Source of the DNA: Eledone cirrhosa
Taxonomy: Eukaryota
DNA: 64,000 nt
Direction: 5' to 3'
Assembly: GCA_964016885.1 (NCBI GenBank)
Contig: OZ024754.1
Coordinates: 5,766,001-5,830,000 of the forward strand
A program made the position numbers and the translations under genes. This document shows, piece after piece, positions 14,053 to 27,865 of the stretch. Every line of letters starts with the position of its first letter. Positions within the stretch are counted from its first letter, which is position 1. The notes beneath the pieces are model-generated. The model did not search any database. It worked only from the letters and a program-made list of their open reading frames with translations, and was not told the DNA's origin.

Positions 14053-14480
14053 TATGCTTCTAATATTGAGATAAACAGTCTCATTTAAAGTATGTACTTG
14101 TGGTGATTGCTGTTTCAACTATATATTAAAGATATGGGTTGGTTTAATAAATGCTTACTAGAATACTGAACGTATTACAAAGGCCATGACACGTGAGAAA
14201 CATCTTATTTTCTCCGGTGATGTGTTTCGTATGTCAAAGTTTATCTAGCGGGTTTACTGTTACAATATGTTTTTATATTTAATATGACAAATATGATGAG
14301 ATGAATAAGAGGTGTAAATACTAGGAATGTGGAAATATATGATGTATATACTCATATATATATATATTAATATATATATATATACATGACTACATACACT
14401 CATACATAGATTCATACATACGAAGATACAATATTTATATCTATATACAGAAACACACACATGCACTTACACACACACAC

Positions 14481-14540
<60 letters not shown>

Positions 14541-14657
14541 GTGCATGTGTGTATATATATATGTGTGTATATATATATATAAGTTATATATATATATATG
14601 ACTGCCAATACTGGAATTTAAATATCAAGACCGTAGAGGTATGTCATATATCAAATC

Positions 14658-14736
14658 ATATATTTTATCTGACGAGGACGTACTGCAAAAAAAAACTACA
14701 CAGTACCTTCGAAATATATATAATAAAGCATATATT
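14658..14736 (+). ncRNA. Type I hammerhead motif (family E)
   Basis: TTTTAT-CTGACGA(14669)-GGA C GTACTG..CAGTAC C TTC-GAA-ATATATAT-A-ATAAA; palindromic stem III. Confidence 0.8.
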
Positions 14737-14772
14737 TTTATTATGTGAATATCTTCATTTGTTAATATTTTG

Positions 14773-14825
<53 letters not shown>

Positions 14826-16048
14826 AAAATAACAGAAGATCCCGTTAAGGGTGAAAGCAGCGATTCTTTGCTTAAACTTTAATCTGTTATTTTAATAAAT
14901 ATTTGCTCTACAGTTCTTATATATTTGATATATATTTATCGTTATCGAGCCCTCTTTGGATTTTAGTCTTCAAATTTATTATTATTACTATTATATATAT
15001 ATATAGATATAGATATATATAGTGGTAGAACACTGGATGGTAATATCCGTAGTGGTAGAGCACTCAGTCCATGGGTATGGTGAACTAACTGTTGTGTAAC
15101 CACTTCTATATATATATATATATATATACATATACTTATATATATATATGAAGCTTAAACAAATAACTGTGTTATATATAACACTCCCTTCATTCCATTT
15201 ACCACTTTCATGACCATATTTAAAGCTGTACACTTTACTTCAATTAATTAGTGAAGAGTTTGCTGTGATTTACTGAAGTTATTAATTATCCTTACGGGGT
15301 CGATAAAATAAAGTACCAGTAACGTACTGGGTAATTGCTGGCCTTGTGCCAAATGTAGAAACAGTTATTAATTATTTTGTAAGATAACATCTCTAAGACA
15401 CCATATCATTGTTATATAGGATTACATTGCAAGATATTTATTTATTTAGGAATCCTACCACACATACGTTAAGACGTGTGTGTGTGCGTGTGTGTGTGCG
15501 TGTGTGTGTTTGTGTGTGTGTACGTGTGTGTGTACGTATGTGTGTGTGCGTGCGTGTGTACGTGTGTGTGTACGTGTGTGTGTGTGCGCGCGCGTGTGTG
15601 TGCTTCATTGATTTTGCACGGTACAGTGCTGTCAAGAGCCTGCCTGTAACAAAAGGCCTTTTTCGCATAACTCGCACAAAAACACACACATATACGAATA
15701 CAAATATTAGACACACACACACACATACACACATACACACACACACACACATACGAACGTGCACACACACATATACACACATAGAGGCACACATACAGGT
15801 ACATCCACACACACACACACACACAATTACACACATACACAGGTACAGGTACACGTGCAGGTATACATGCAGTTAATATGCACACACACATATACACTCA
15901 CAGAGAAAAGTTCTTCATTCCTCAATCTATAACCCTCAGTTACTTCTAGCTTATAAACATGTACTCTAGAACTCTATATCCCGTAAAGTATCAAAAGGAA
16001 TCGACTATAGATTTTAACCCCCGAAACGTGAATCTTATATATTACTAA

Positions 16049-16752
16049 CACACGTGGGCATGCCAACAAAGTCAGAAAACACCACAGCTCCTATGACTTT
16101 CGGAAACATTTTTTCACGCTCAGAGTTGCTGAAACATGGAACAAACTACCTGCATCGGTTATTAGCTGTCGAGACATTGCATCCTTTAAAACCTCCATGG
16201 AACAAACTACCTGCATCAGTTGTTAGCTGTCGAGACACTGCATCCTTTAAAACCTCCATAGAACAAACTACCTGCATCAGTTGTTAGCTGTCGAGACACT
16301 GCATCCTTTAAAACTTCCATGGAACAAACTACCTGCATCGGTTGTTAGCTGTCGAGACATTGCATCCTTTAAAACCTCCATGGAACAAACTACCTGCATC
16401 AGTTGTTATCTGTCGAGACACTGCATCCTTTAAAACCTCCATGGAACAAACTACCTGCATCAGTTGTTAGCTATCGAGACACTGCATCCTTTAAAACCTC
16501 CATGGAACAAAATACCTGCATCGGTTGTTAGCTATCGAGACACTGCATCCTTTAAAACCTCCATGCTTCCTGAAATTCACCAACACTACACCTAATATCC
16601 CCCTTCCATACACACACACAGATGTATATCATGACTCATACACTATTCACTTCCCTGACATTTGTATATTATTCTATGTACTATACATGCACCTTTGATG
16701 AGTTGTAGTGCACCTGAGCACCGTACACAATAATTTCATTATTATTATTATT
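16049..16752 (+). mobile_element. CR1-clade LINE 3' end with an internal 61-bp x7 tandem duplication
   Basis: Translates TRGHANKVRK..FRKHFFTLRVAETWNKLPASVISCRDIASFK; ends in an (ATT)n tail; units at 16135-16561. Confidence 0.88.
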
Positions 16753-17899
16753 TTAAGTACCAGGATGGATTAAATTGATTAGATTACTACCATCCCTAAA
16801 ATCTATGAATATGTTAGAAAATCTTATTGTTTTTAAGGTTGTTTCACGGAAACACACATCGAATCTACCAGAACTATAAGCAAAGGCGTTCCAGATGTGA
16901 CTATCATGCCTTTGGGTTTTATATATCTGTGACTGTAATTTATTGTGGTATTATTTTAAGACTCTATAATTAAAATATATTCAGCTGCTATTTCTAGTTT
17001 ATAATCAGACGCGACGGCGTGAAGGCTTGCCCGTTGGCTCGTGTTGTTGTTGTTGCTACTGTTGCTGTTGTTGTTGTTGCTACTGTTGCAGTTGTTGTTG
17101 TTGCTACTGTTGCTGTTGTTGTTGTTGCTACTGTTGCTGTTGTTGATGTCGTTAGTGTTAATGTGTTGTTGTTGCTGTTGTTGATGTCGTTAATGTGTTG
17201 TTGTTGTTGCTACTGTTGCTGTTGTTGTTGATGTCGATAATGTTAATGGGTTGTTGTCAGACGTTGATTCTATCTCCGTCATTAAAAGGTTAATTGTGAA
17301 TTTTAATTAATCATTAAAAACAAACAAACGAAAAACCTTATCCCACCAATCTCTAAGCACGTAACATCAACTGTAGCTCTTAATCCTTCAGCAATAAAAA
17401 AAATATAAAGTTTTTCTCCACAAATACCATCTGATTAACTAATATGCCTTCAGGATTAGAGAGGTTTATGTTGATTCACATAATTGTAATTAATCATATC
17501 AGATAGATGATGTAATGGATCATATAATAACTAGGAGGGAGTGGAGGTTGCTTTAGTCCATAATTTTTTTTTTTTTTTTTTTCTTACACGGATATATATG
17601 TAGAAAAAAATATTCTACAACAATATTTGTTTTCTGGCTTTGAATTTACCAGGGCAGCCATAATATGTGTTTTTAAAGGAGCCGGTTGTGTTACAAATAA
17701 AATGATATGAAAATCCGAATGGTGGCTGAATGATGAAAAGATTTGCTTGGCATTCATAAGATCTCGGGTTTGATGCCACTATGCGGCTTTTTGTACAAGC
17801 CTGTTTCATTTACCATGGCATCAAATCTACTCACGCCATGTCAGTAAAATTCATTAGACAGAATCTGATTGGAAGCCCGAAACTGATTCAAAGGACACA

Positions 17900-18325
17900 C
17901 ATGTGTCGCACTGACTCAAAGGATCTTGCCATACACTGTGTCACACTGATTCAAAGGACCTTGCCATACACTGTGTCGCACTGACTCAAAGGACCTTGTC
18001 ATACACTGTGTCACAATGACTCAAATGACTAAGCTTGTCATACACTGTGTCACACTGACTCAAAGGACCTTGTCATACACTGTGTCACACTGACTCAAAG
18101 GACTAGGCCTACCATACACTGTGTCACACTGACTCAAAGGACTAAGCTTGTCATATACGGTGTCACACTGACTCAAAGGACTAAGCCTGTCATACAGTGT
18201 CACACTGACTCAAAGGACTAAGATTGTCATACACTGTGTCACATCGAATCAAAGCACTCAGCCTACCATACACTGTGTCACATTGAATCAAAGGCCTCAG
18301 ACTGCCATACATTGTGTCACACCGA
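17900..18325. repeat. About 31-36-bp minisatellite (CATACACTGTGTCACACTGACTCAAAGGAC...)
   Basis: About 12 imperfect units directly after a SINE remnant. Confidence 0.9.
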
Positions 18326-20331
18326 ATCTTCCTGAGAAATGTGTTAAAGAAATATGTGTCTATAGAATTTGAGACATTTACATGGTAATTAACAAGGAGA
18401 GCTTACAAGTTTACATACGCAACAGATAGCCATATATTCTATGCAATACACACAAGAGACATAACTTACATGATATATATATTGTACTACACAATATTTT
18501 CCTAATAAAATAACACAACTTACTCGACATATATCTAACACAACTTTCACAGAATATGTTGATTGTTCTTCTATTGTAAACATATTATGAATGACACTTC
18601 ATCAATTGTGGATTGAGTTGTTCATGTTATGTTAAGAATAAACTGTACGGTTTAAGTTATGCTGTTGCTCCAAGCCACCATCACCAGAAACACCCATTAT
18701 CACCACCACCGCTAACACAAAAACCATCTCCTGGAATTCGTCCCTTTACTACTCTACCAAGTATATCTAATGATATATGGGATGAGTTCTGCAGAGCTGC
18801 CATTTTCTAAGCTGTAAAATGTAGCTATAATTCTGTTAGAAATAATCCTACTGCAAGAAACATTGTTTACATTCATTCTTCACATATTCAATATCTCTTG
18901 TTACAAGTCATTACACCTTGAAGCGGATCATTAAATAACTACAAAGATTGGATTTACAATATATTGTAAAAGATCTATCAACTATAAATAAAATCTTTGA
19001 GTACAGGGAGGTTACGAAAAGACCCAACAATAGAACCTTCTAGTTACTTCACAGCTTCCCTTGCTCCCCTTTTTTTCTTTATCTTCTTTCATACTTATTT
19101 TACCTCCCGTTGGCCTTCCATATTTTAATATTTTATATTCACTTATCTCTGCATATCTTGTTTTGTTTTGCTTTTATTTCTTAACTGTAAGAAGTACTAA
19201 ATACTTCTCCTAGTCTATGATGACTGGTACTTTACTTTATCGACCCCGTAAGGATGAAAGGCAAAGTTAACCTCGGCAGGATTTGAACTCAGATCGTAAA
19301 AGGCCATAACTCTATGCCGTGAAGCAGGTCTCCGACGCTTTACAGATCTACCGCCCTTTATATCAATAGTAATAATAATAATGATAATAATAATGTTTCT
19401 ACTTTTGGCACAAGGCCAGCAATTATCCCAGTGTATCACTGGTGCTTTATTTTATCGACCCCGTAAGTTAACCTCGGCTGGATTTGAACTCAGACCGTAA
19501 AGAGCCATAGCTCTATGTTGCAAAGCAAGGTGTCGACCCTCTACTAAATAATATAGAGGTGAATCTTAAACACATACTAAAACGTCATCTGCATTAAAGA
19601 AAGTCCGACTGGATTTGTGGTTTACTTCTAGAATTAATATCTACTGTGAGATCTCTTTCACTTCACCGGAATTGTTTCCAATATATCAAAGACAACCATT
19701 TCATAGATGGCAACCTTCCCTTCATTTAAAAGCTATGGTATATTTATTTTTCCAATTTTACGAAGTGAAACTTCAGCCTTTCTCAGTTTCCTCTGTCACT
19801 AAAGCTTTTGTTTCCTTCCATTTCATTCACCAACAACCATTTCGCCTGGAAATTCCTATCCGCGTGATTCCTCAGAACGTAAAAATTTCAGGGGTAGAAT
19901 ATCTCGTGCACTAAAGTAACCGATTCCCCAAACCTTTCCACTCCAGGGGTGGGAACCCTTCACAATCCATTGAATAAATCGTTCATATTGAGATCGACGT
20001 TTAAAAACGAAAAAGAAAAGTAAAGACTTTTATGATTTCACTCTCCCAATATTATTTTGCTTGGCTGCCTTCTAGAACTAAAGCTAAAACTTTCGCCACA
20101 TTAACCATACAATATGTCCGCGTTCAAATATTAATGAAGACTCTAAAAGCAAAACAATGAAATAAATAAATAAATAAATTAAAGAACATTAGCCCTACTT
20201 TGAACATTTTATGATAAGGTTTATGGATCACTCATATCTTTTGTCGAAATGTCGGCAGTGGGTAGTGGGTTCATAACATAATCTGAGCAAACTGGGAAAG
20301 TTAATATATAAAATTGAGTATTTTGTTTTCC

Positions 20332-20555
20332 CAGCAATGTTAAACATGCGGCCCAGATGCGGCCCACATCCGGCCTTTTACAAGCACACCTGTGGTCCGC
20401 ATAAAAGGCTTTTACTGCGTGAGCATGTTTTAACTTCTCAATATAAAATAAAAAGAATTAGTTATAATGTGCGCAATTACTTGTCGTGTGTGGCCCTCGG
20501 GCAACACATATGTGACCCATGTGGGCCTCGGAGTACCCTCGCTTTCACATGCCTG
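20332..20555. mobile_element. hAT-like MITE remnant
   Basis: CAG...CTG termini with repeated GCGGCCC/GTGGCCC subterminal motifs. Confidence 0.5.
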
Positions 20556-20666
20556 CTTTATACTACTAGTGTATATATATATATATATATATTGGAAAAG
20601 TTAAAAACAATAACACGGAGTACAGTTACGAAAAGCGTTTGGTATTAGGTTTAGAGTGTGGGAGAG

Positions 20667-20726
<60 letters not shown>

Positions 20727-20839
20727 GTATATATATATATATTATAGTTAAAACAGTAAACCAAAAAACAACAACGTGGAATCGAAGAGGCAGTACAAAA
20801 TATTAATATTAGTTTCACGCTTGAGAGTGGGGAGTGGGG

Positions 20840-20873
20840 GACGACGTTTCGGGCATAAGCTCTTCATCAGGAG
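20840..20873 (-). ncRNA. Minimal hammerhead core (family K) in a (TA)n-flanked element 20747-20900
   Basis: Minus: CTGATGA-A-GAGC TTAT GCCC-GAA-ACGT-C; stem I does not pair in this copy. Confidence 0.6.
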
Positions 20874-20900
20874 AAAAGTGGGCAGGAAATATGTATGTGC

Positions 20901-21093
<193 letters not shown>

Positions 21094-21161
21094 ACGAAGA
21101 ATTCTTCTTATGAAGAAACTATTTTTTTATGTTAACTTCATTAATTTCTAATATATATATA

Positions 21162-21257
<96 letters not shown>

Positions 21258-21321
21258 GTTATATATATATATTAGAAATTAAAGAAAAAAAAATTAATAT
21301 ATATACATACATACATACATG

Positions 21322-21387
<66 letters not shown>

Positions 21388-21922
21388 CATGTATGTATGT
21401 ATGTATATATATTAATTTTTTTTTCTTTTTTCATTAATTTACAGGAAACAGAAAATGTTACTTCTACGCATATGGTGTGTTGTAAGTATAGAAACGGTGC
21501 TTCTTCCATTGGCACTTAGAATTGATATGAGTGGAAATTTGCTTGTTGTTCTTTGAATGAGGTTGGGAATCATACAGATGGTGCCAGAGCGAACAGGGGA
21601 GCAGGAAGAGGAGAAGAAATGTGGTGGTTGTGGTAGTGCATTATATTCAGTCGCAAAAACTCCAAGTCTACACTTTACATAAAAAGTATGCGTTGACATT
21701 TTCTACATTATAGAAAAGAATATATATATATATATGTGTGTGTGTTTGTGTGTGTATGTGTTTGTGTGTGTGTGTGTATAGTATAAATAAATATATATAT
21801 ATTTATATATATATTTATATATATATATTTATATATATATAGTATAAATAAATAAATATATATAGTATAAATACAAATTTATATATATATAAATACATAT
21901 ACATACATATATATATATAAAG

Positions 21923-22029
<107 letters not shown>

Positions 22030-22196
22030 ATATATATTATGAATAAATATAAATACATAGGCATACATACATACTTACATAATCACACATACATATTTAT
22101 ATACATATATATATATGTATATAATATATATTATGAATAAATATAAATACATAGACATACATACATACTTACATAATCACACATACATATTTATAT

Positions 22197-22281
<85 letters not shown>

Positions 22282-22723
22282 TATATATACACACACACGC
22301 ACACATATATATCAGCTTTAGAGAAATGATGTAAAACATAAATGAAAGTAAAACTATTCTACTGAATCTGTGAAATAGTTTATCTCTGTTAAGGAGGAAC
22401 GCTCTAGAGAAACACACCTAGTTTTAGGATTGAATTATTGCAGGAATTTTATATCGATTGGTACGAGCGGTTCTACATTGGAATTCATTGATTTCTGTTC
22501 TTCTTCTTCTTCTTCTTCTTCTTCTTCTTCTTCTTCTTCTTCTTCTTCTTCTTCTTCTTCTTCTTCTTCTTCTTCTTCTCCCCTCTCTTTCTCTCTCTCT
22601 CTATATATATAGATATATGTATATATATTTAATATATAAGGCCTTTCTATATCAAATATATATACTCTGCTCTGTATTGAGTACCTTACTTACTGTGGTT
22701 ACCCACGATTGAACCCGGGATAA

Positions 22724-22761
<38 letters not shown>

Positions 22762-22845
22762 CAACATGACCCTCCCAAAGTATAACAATATCGGTTTCAA
22801 CACACGTTTTCAGATAAAGAATCTTGCTAAACAAATTCAGAAACG

Positions 22846-22880
<35 letters not shown>

Positions 22881-23489
22881 AAGTGTACAAAAAGAATGTA
22901 TACACATATTTATTACAATGCTGTTGAAGTGTGTATATCTTTTTGGGGGAACAGCCTGTAGAAATTTATATAGCACCTATTCTTTCAGTCATCTGGTTTC
23001 CATTTAAATCCTTATATTCTATGTAACCTTACTCGCAATGTCCTCTTATATGACATTAAATCCCGCCGAGGTTAACTTTGCCTTTCATCCTTACGGAGTC
23101 GATAAAATAAAGTACCAGTCACGTAATGGGGTCTATTTAATCGACTTTCTCCTCCCCCAAAATTGTGCCTATATAAGAAACCATTATTGGCAGAGTCTTT
23201 GGAGTCGTTAGAGCGTCAAACGAATCATTTGTGGCGTTTAGTTATAGACTTCTACATTCTCAGTTCAAATCCTGCGGAGGTCAACTATGTTATTCATTCT
23301 TCCGGAGTTCATAAAATAAAGGACCAATCATTGAACGGCTGTCGATATTATCGATTTGACAAACCAATTGAATTATGCCTATATTTGAAACAATAATTAA
23401 TAATGTGTTTCGAATGGGGAAAATATATATATTGATTTTTTTTTTCTTGATTTCGATGGTAGAGAATGTTGAGAAGCCAGAGAGGATCA

Positions 23490-24052
23490 CTAATGTAGGG
23501 AAGCCGCTAGAAATGGCTGTATTTGGGAGCAAATATTGGGAATATGGAAGATGATGCGACATGCCACAGCTTGAGATCGGTGTGGAAGTCGGACCTTCGT
23601 AAAGACCTGAAAATCCGCCTCTTCATTGCTGTAGTGGAGTCTGTGCTGTTGTACGGGTCTGAGACTTGGATACTGACGAAGAAACTCACTCATATGGTGG
23701 ATGGGTGCTACACGAGAATGTTGAGGATGGCTCTGAACATTAATCAGTATACACTGAGGATGAAAAACTCAGAGCTGTATGGGAGCCTCCCAAAAGTCAG
23801 CTCAAAAGTGACACAGAGGAGACTGAGGTTAGCTGGACATGCTCACCGACATTCAGAGTTGATATTGCACTCAGTGCCCCTGTGGGAGCCCCGTCATGGA
23901 CACACTGGAAGTGGAAGACCAAGGTTAACGTATGTTGATGCCCTAAGGACAGACACTGGTCTGTTGGAGACGCAGGACATGGCAGCGATAATGAGGGACA
24001 AAGACCGCTGGAGAGAACTCGTCCATGGATCTCGGGAATTTAACCCGCCCTA

Positions 24053-24053
<1 letters not shown>
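23490..24053 (+). mobile_element. RTE-clade LINE, 5'-truncated ORF2 C-terminal fragment
   Basis: YLGA..KIRLFIAVVESVLLYGSETW..DGCYTRMLR..RRLRLAGH..GRPRLTY..DKDRWR motifs typical of the RTE RT C-terminus; followed by (TA)n. Confidence 0.92.
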
Positions 24054-24095
<42 letters not shown>

Positions 24096-24224
24096 CAAAT
24101 ATTATATTGATAAATAATATGAAGATGCCTTTCTGGGGGTAGGGAAACGTGCCATGAAATAAAATTATATATACATACATATATATATATACACATACAT
24201 ACACATATATATATATATACAATA

Positions 24225-24259
<35 letters not shown>

Positions 24260-24401
24260 CCAAAGATTAATATGGTTCATTGATTAAACAATCAATATAG
24301 TTTTACAATAGATTAAGAGCACTCTACAGTGAATTTTTTGGAGTTATTAATATTATTCAAAATATTAATAAATGAAGACATTCACATCACATAATCAAAA
24401 T

Positions 24402-24473
24402 ATATATTTTATTATATATATTTCGGAGGTACTGTGCTGTTTTTTCAGTACGTCCTCATCAGATAAAATATAT
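24402..24473 (-). ncRNA. Type I hammerhead motif (family E), best-preserved copy
   Basis: Minus: ATATATTTTAT-CTGATGA-GGA C GTACTG..CAGTAC C TCC-GAA-ATATATAT-A-ATAAAATATAT; 11-bp stem I. Confidence 0.87.
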
Positions 24474-24535
24474 GACGATGTGGAGCAAGATATAAGTAAA
24501 TAACTATGTGAACGTCTTCATATATTAATATTTTG

Positions 24536-24583
<48 letters not shown>

Positions 24584-24833
24584 CGAAGGAATTGTGGTAG
24601 GAAGCACAGATGGTCCAGAAATACCCGTCGAAACGGCTTGAGCTCTGCCGTCGGGGTCATACATTTTCCTATATATATATATATATATAAAATATTAATA
24701 TCAAGGTTAACTTTGCCTTTCATCCTTACGGGGTCGATAAAATAAAGTACAAGTAATGCACTGGGTATTTGCTGGACTTGTGCCAAAAGTAGAAACAATT
24801 AATATATATATATATATACAATATCAATATCAA

Positions 24834-24892
<59 letters not shown>

Positions 24893-25006
24893 ATTAATAC
24901 ATATATATATATATATATACTTCAGTCCAATAAACTGTTGAGTGCTACTTATCCGATATTTGCATTGCTTTATCGTGCTACAATAAAACTCACCTCCTAC
25001 ACACAC

Positions 25007-25060
<54 letters not shown>

Positions 25061-25359
25061 AGAACATACTTTAAAGTAAATCAATTATTCTGGTTCGATT
25101 TTATTATTTTATTCATCTGAGGTTGATTTCATTATTGTTGTTTATGTTGTTATTATATGACATCAATGTTATTATTGTAGTTGTTATTGTAGTTATTATT
25201 GTTGCTGTCGTTAATAATGATGAAGGAAGAGTGTGGCGATTGTGATTATTATATTGTTGTTGTTGTTGTTATTGTTGTTGTTTCACTTTCATTAATCTTG
25301 AAACGTGAAGTAAAAGGAGAAGAGAGAAACGGAAATAGAAAGTAGAATTGAGAGTAGGT

Positions 25360-26056
25360 ATAGATCTGTGAGACGGAGTGAGAGAGGATGGGGATAGACA
25401 GAGGTGAGAGAGGGGGAGACAGAGAGAGATAGAGAGAGATAGAGATAGGAGAGAGAGGCGGAAGAGAGAGAGGGGAGGGAAAGGAATGAAAATAGAAAAT
25501 AGAATATAGAGTAGGTTCTGAGAGAGAGAGAGTGAGAGAGTGAGAGATTGAGGAGAGACAGAGGTAAAAGATGGAGAGAGATGAAGACAGAGAGAGAGAG
25601 TGAGAGAGAGAGAAAGATAGAGAGTGGATCTGAGAAAGAGAGATTGGGAGAAAGACAGAGGTAAGAGACGGAGAGAGATGAAGACAGAGAGAGTGAGAGA
25701 GAGAGAGAAAGGGAGAGAGTGGATCTGAGAAAGAGAGATTGGGGGAAAGACAGAGGTGAGAGACGGAGAGAGATGAAGACAGAGACGGAGAGAGAGTGAG
25801 AGAGAGAGAGAAAGAGAGAGAGTGGATCTGAGAAAGAGAGATTGGGGGAAAGACAGAGCTAAGAGACGGAGAGAGAGTGAGAGAGAGAGAAAGAGAGAGA
25901 GTGAATCTGAGAAAGAGAGATTGGGGGAAAGACAGAGGTAAGAGACGGAGAGAGATGAAGACAGAGACGGTGAGAGAGTGAGAGAGAGAGAAAGAGAGAT
26001 TGGGGGAAAGACAGAGGTAAGAGACGGAGAGAGATGAAGACAGAGACAGAGAGAGA
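25360..26056. repeat. Purine-rich (AG)n compound minisatellite
   Basis: Recurring GGATCTGAGAAAGAGAGATTGGGGGAAAGACAGAGG units. Confidence 0.9.
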
Positions 26057-26746
26057 AAATAAATGAGTTGAAATGCAATGATAGATATAAACACTCTTAA
26101 AAGACACTAAATTGCCAAAAGAAATTTAAAAAAAAAAAAAAAATGGTGGTGGATATAAAAAAAGAAACGAAAAATAGTAAAAAAAAAAAAAAAAAAAAAT
26201 AGTAACTACGAAGAAAAAGAAAGAAAAACGAAAATAAAATCAGAAATAAAACAAAAACAAAATTCAAGAAAAAAAGCCCCAAAACAAATTTTTCTCCGCT
26301 TGACAGCGGCTGAGAATATCTGTTTTCTGTCATGCGCTGCTGGGCAAACATAGAGAGTAATCTAGCTATTAATTTGATCTGCTTTCCAGTCAATGGTGGC
26401 TAAGATATGACACTTAAGACACTTTAGAAAAGAAAAACTAACTAATAAGGAAACAAGCACTTGTCTGACAGTGGCAAAAATAATAATAGTAAATAAAATA
26501 AACCTACTTAAACTAAACTAAACAAATAAATAAAGTAAATAAACAAATAAATAAACAAATAGATAAATGAATAAATAAATAAATAAATAAATAAATAAAC
26601 AAATAATCAAAATGTTTTAAATAAAGAAGGAAGAAGAAAATAAAACCTGATAAATAAGGTATATATATATATATATATATATAAATGCATATGTATATAT
26701 ATATATGTGTGTGTGTATGTGTGTATATGTATATATACAGTGTAGT

Positions 26747-26843
<97 letters not shown>

Positions 26844-27599
26844 GGTCAGTGAAAGTTTTGGAGGAAGATGGGGGAGGAGGAGAAACAAAAATTTTTTTAA
26901 AGTGGAAACACTGAAACAATTAGAGCAAAAAACAAAGGTGAAAGAAATACCACACACACGTACACACACACACACACACGTACACACACACACACACACA
27001 GCGAGAGAGAGAGGGGGGGAGACAACACGGAAAGACACTCATACGCAAAGACGTTCTGAGAGAGACGGACAGATTAACGTAAGCGCACACACTTGCATAC
27101 ACAGATAGAGAGATAATTGTTTCCACTTTTGGCAATGAGCCGAGTGCATTACTGGTACTTCATTTTATCGATCTCGTAAGGATGAAAGGCAAAGTTAAGC
27201 TCGGTGGGATTTGAACTCAAACGGAAAAGGGACATAACTCTATGCTGCAAATCATGGCGTCCGACACTCTACCGCCAAGAGATAATTGTTTCTACTTTTG
27301 GCTCAAGGCCAGCAACCACACAGTATATTACTGGTACTTTAATGACAGATTAATATAATTGACACACATAGCTACATACATCGACACATACACTGACACA
27401 TTGTCATCTATCCAGTTTACGGAAATTGAGAGGTTTCTTATAATCATTTCATTTATTAGCCACAAGGGCCAACATGTCTATGTATTTCAAGCTTAGATTT
27501 GAGGTAAGCCTGATAAATATCTTGAATATCTTGACATATCACACTTAAATTATATTCAGAATTAATCACCTATTCAGTGTAACATCTTTTACAAACCCT

Positions 27600-27865
27600 T
27601 ACCAATATCTAACCCACAGACGTGCTGTCTCCTCTCTCTCATTTTTCTACCGGTACTACAACGGTCTCTGCTCCTCAGAACTTGCTTGTTTCAAACCAAC
27701 TCTATTTAGGTATACACAAGTCATTCGTCTTTTCTTCTCACTTTACTTTTGCTATATGTGATTCCTGCCCCATAAATACCGGTCTTGTGTAAGCCACTAC
27801 ATTCACTTCTTCCTATTCAGAACGTTAGCTTTCTGGAACTCTCTCCGTGATCATTTCTTTCCAAA
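27600..27865 (+). mobile_element. Decayed LINE 3' fragment (Jockey/CR1 group)
   Basis: Translates LTHRRAVSSLSFFYRYYNGLCSSELA and later FRTLAFWNSL. Confidence 0.72.

Noticed and set aside
16135-16565. CRISPR-like regular array (also 4041-4475 and 17900-18325)
   Set aside because: Head-to-tail tandem units without unique spacers; eukaryotic context and no cas genes.
19615-19914. 99-aa non-repetitive ORF
   Set aside because: No ATG start or recognisable motif; at most a decayed transposon remnant.
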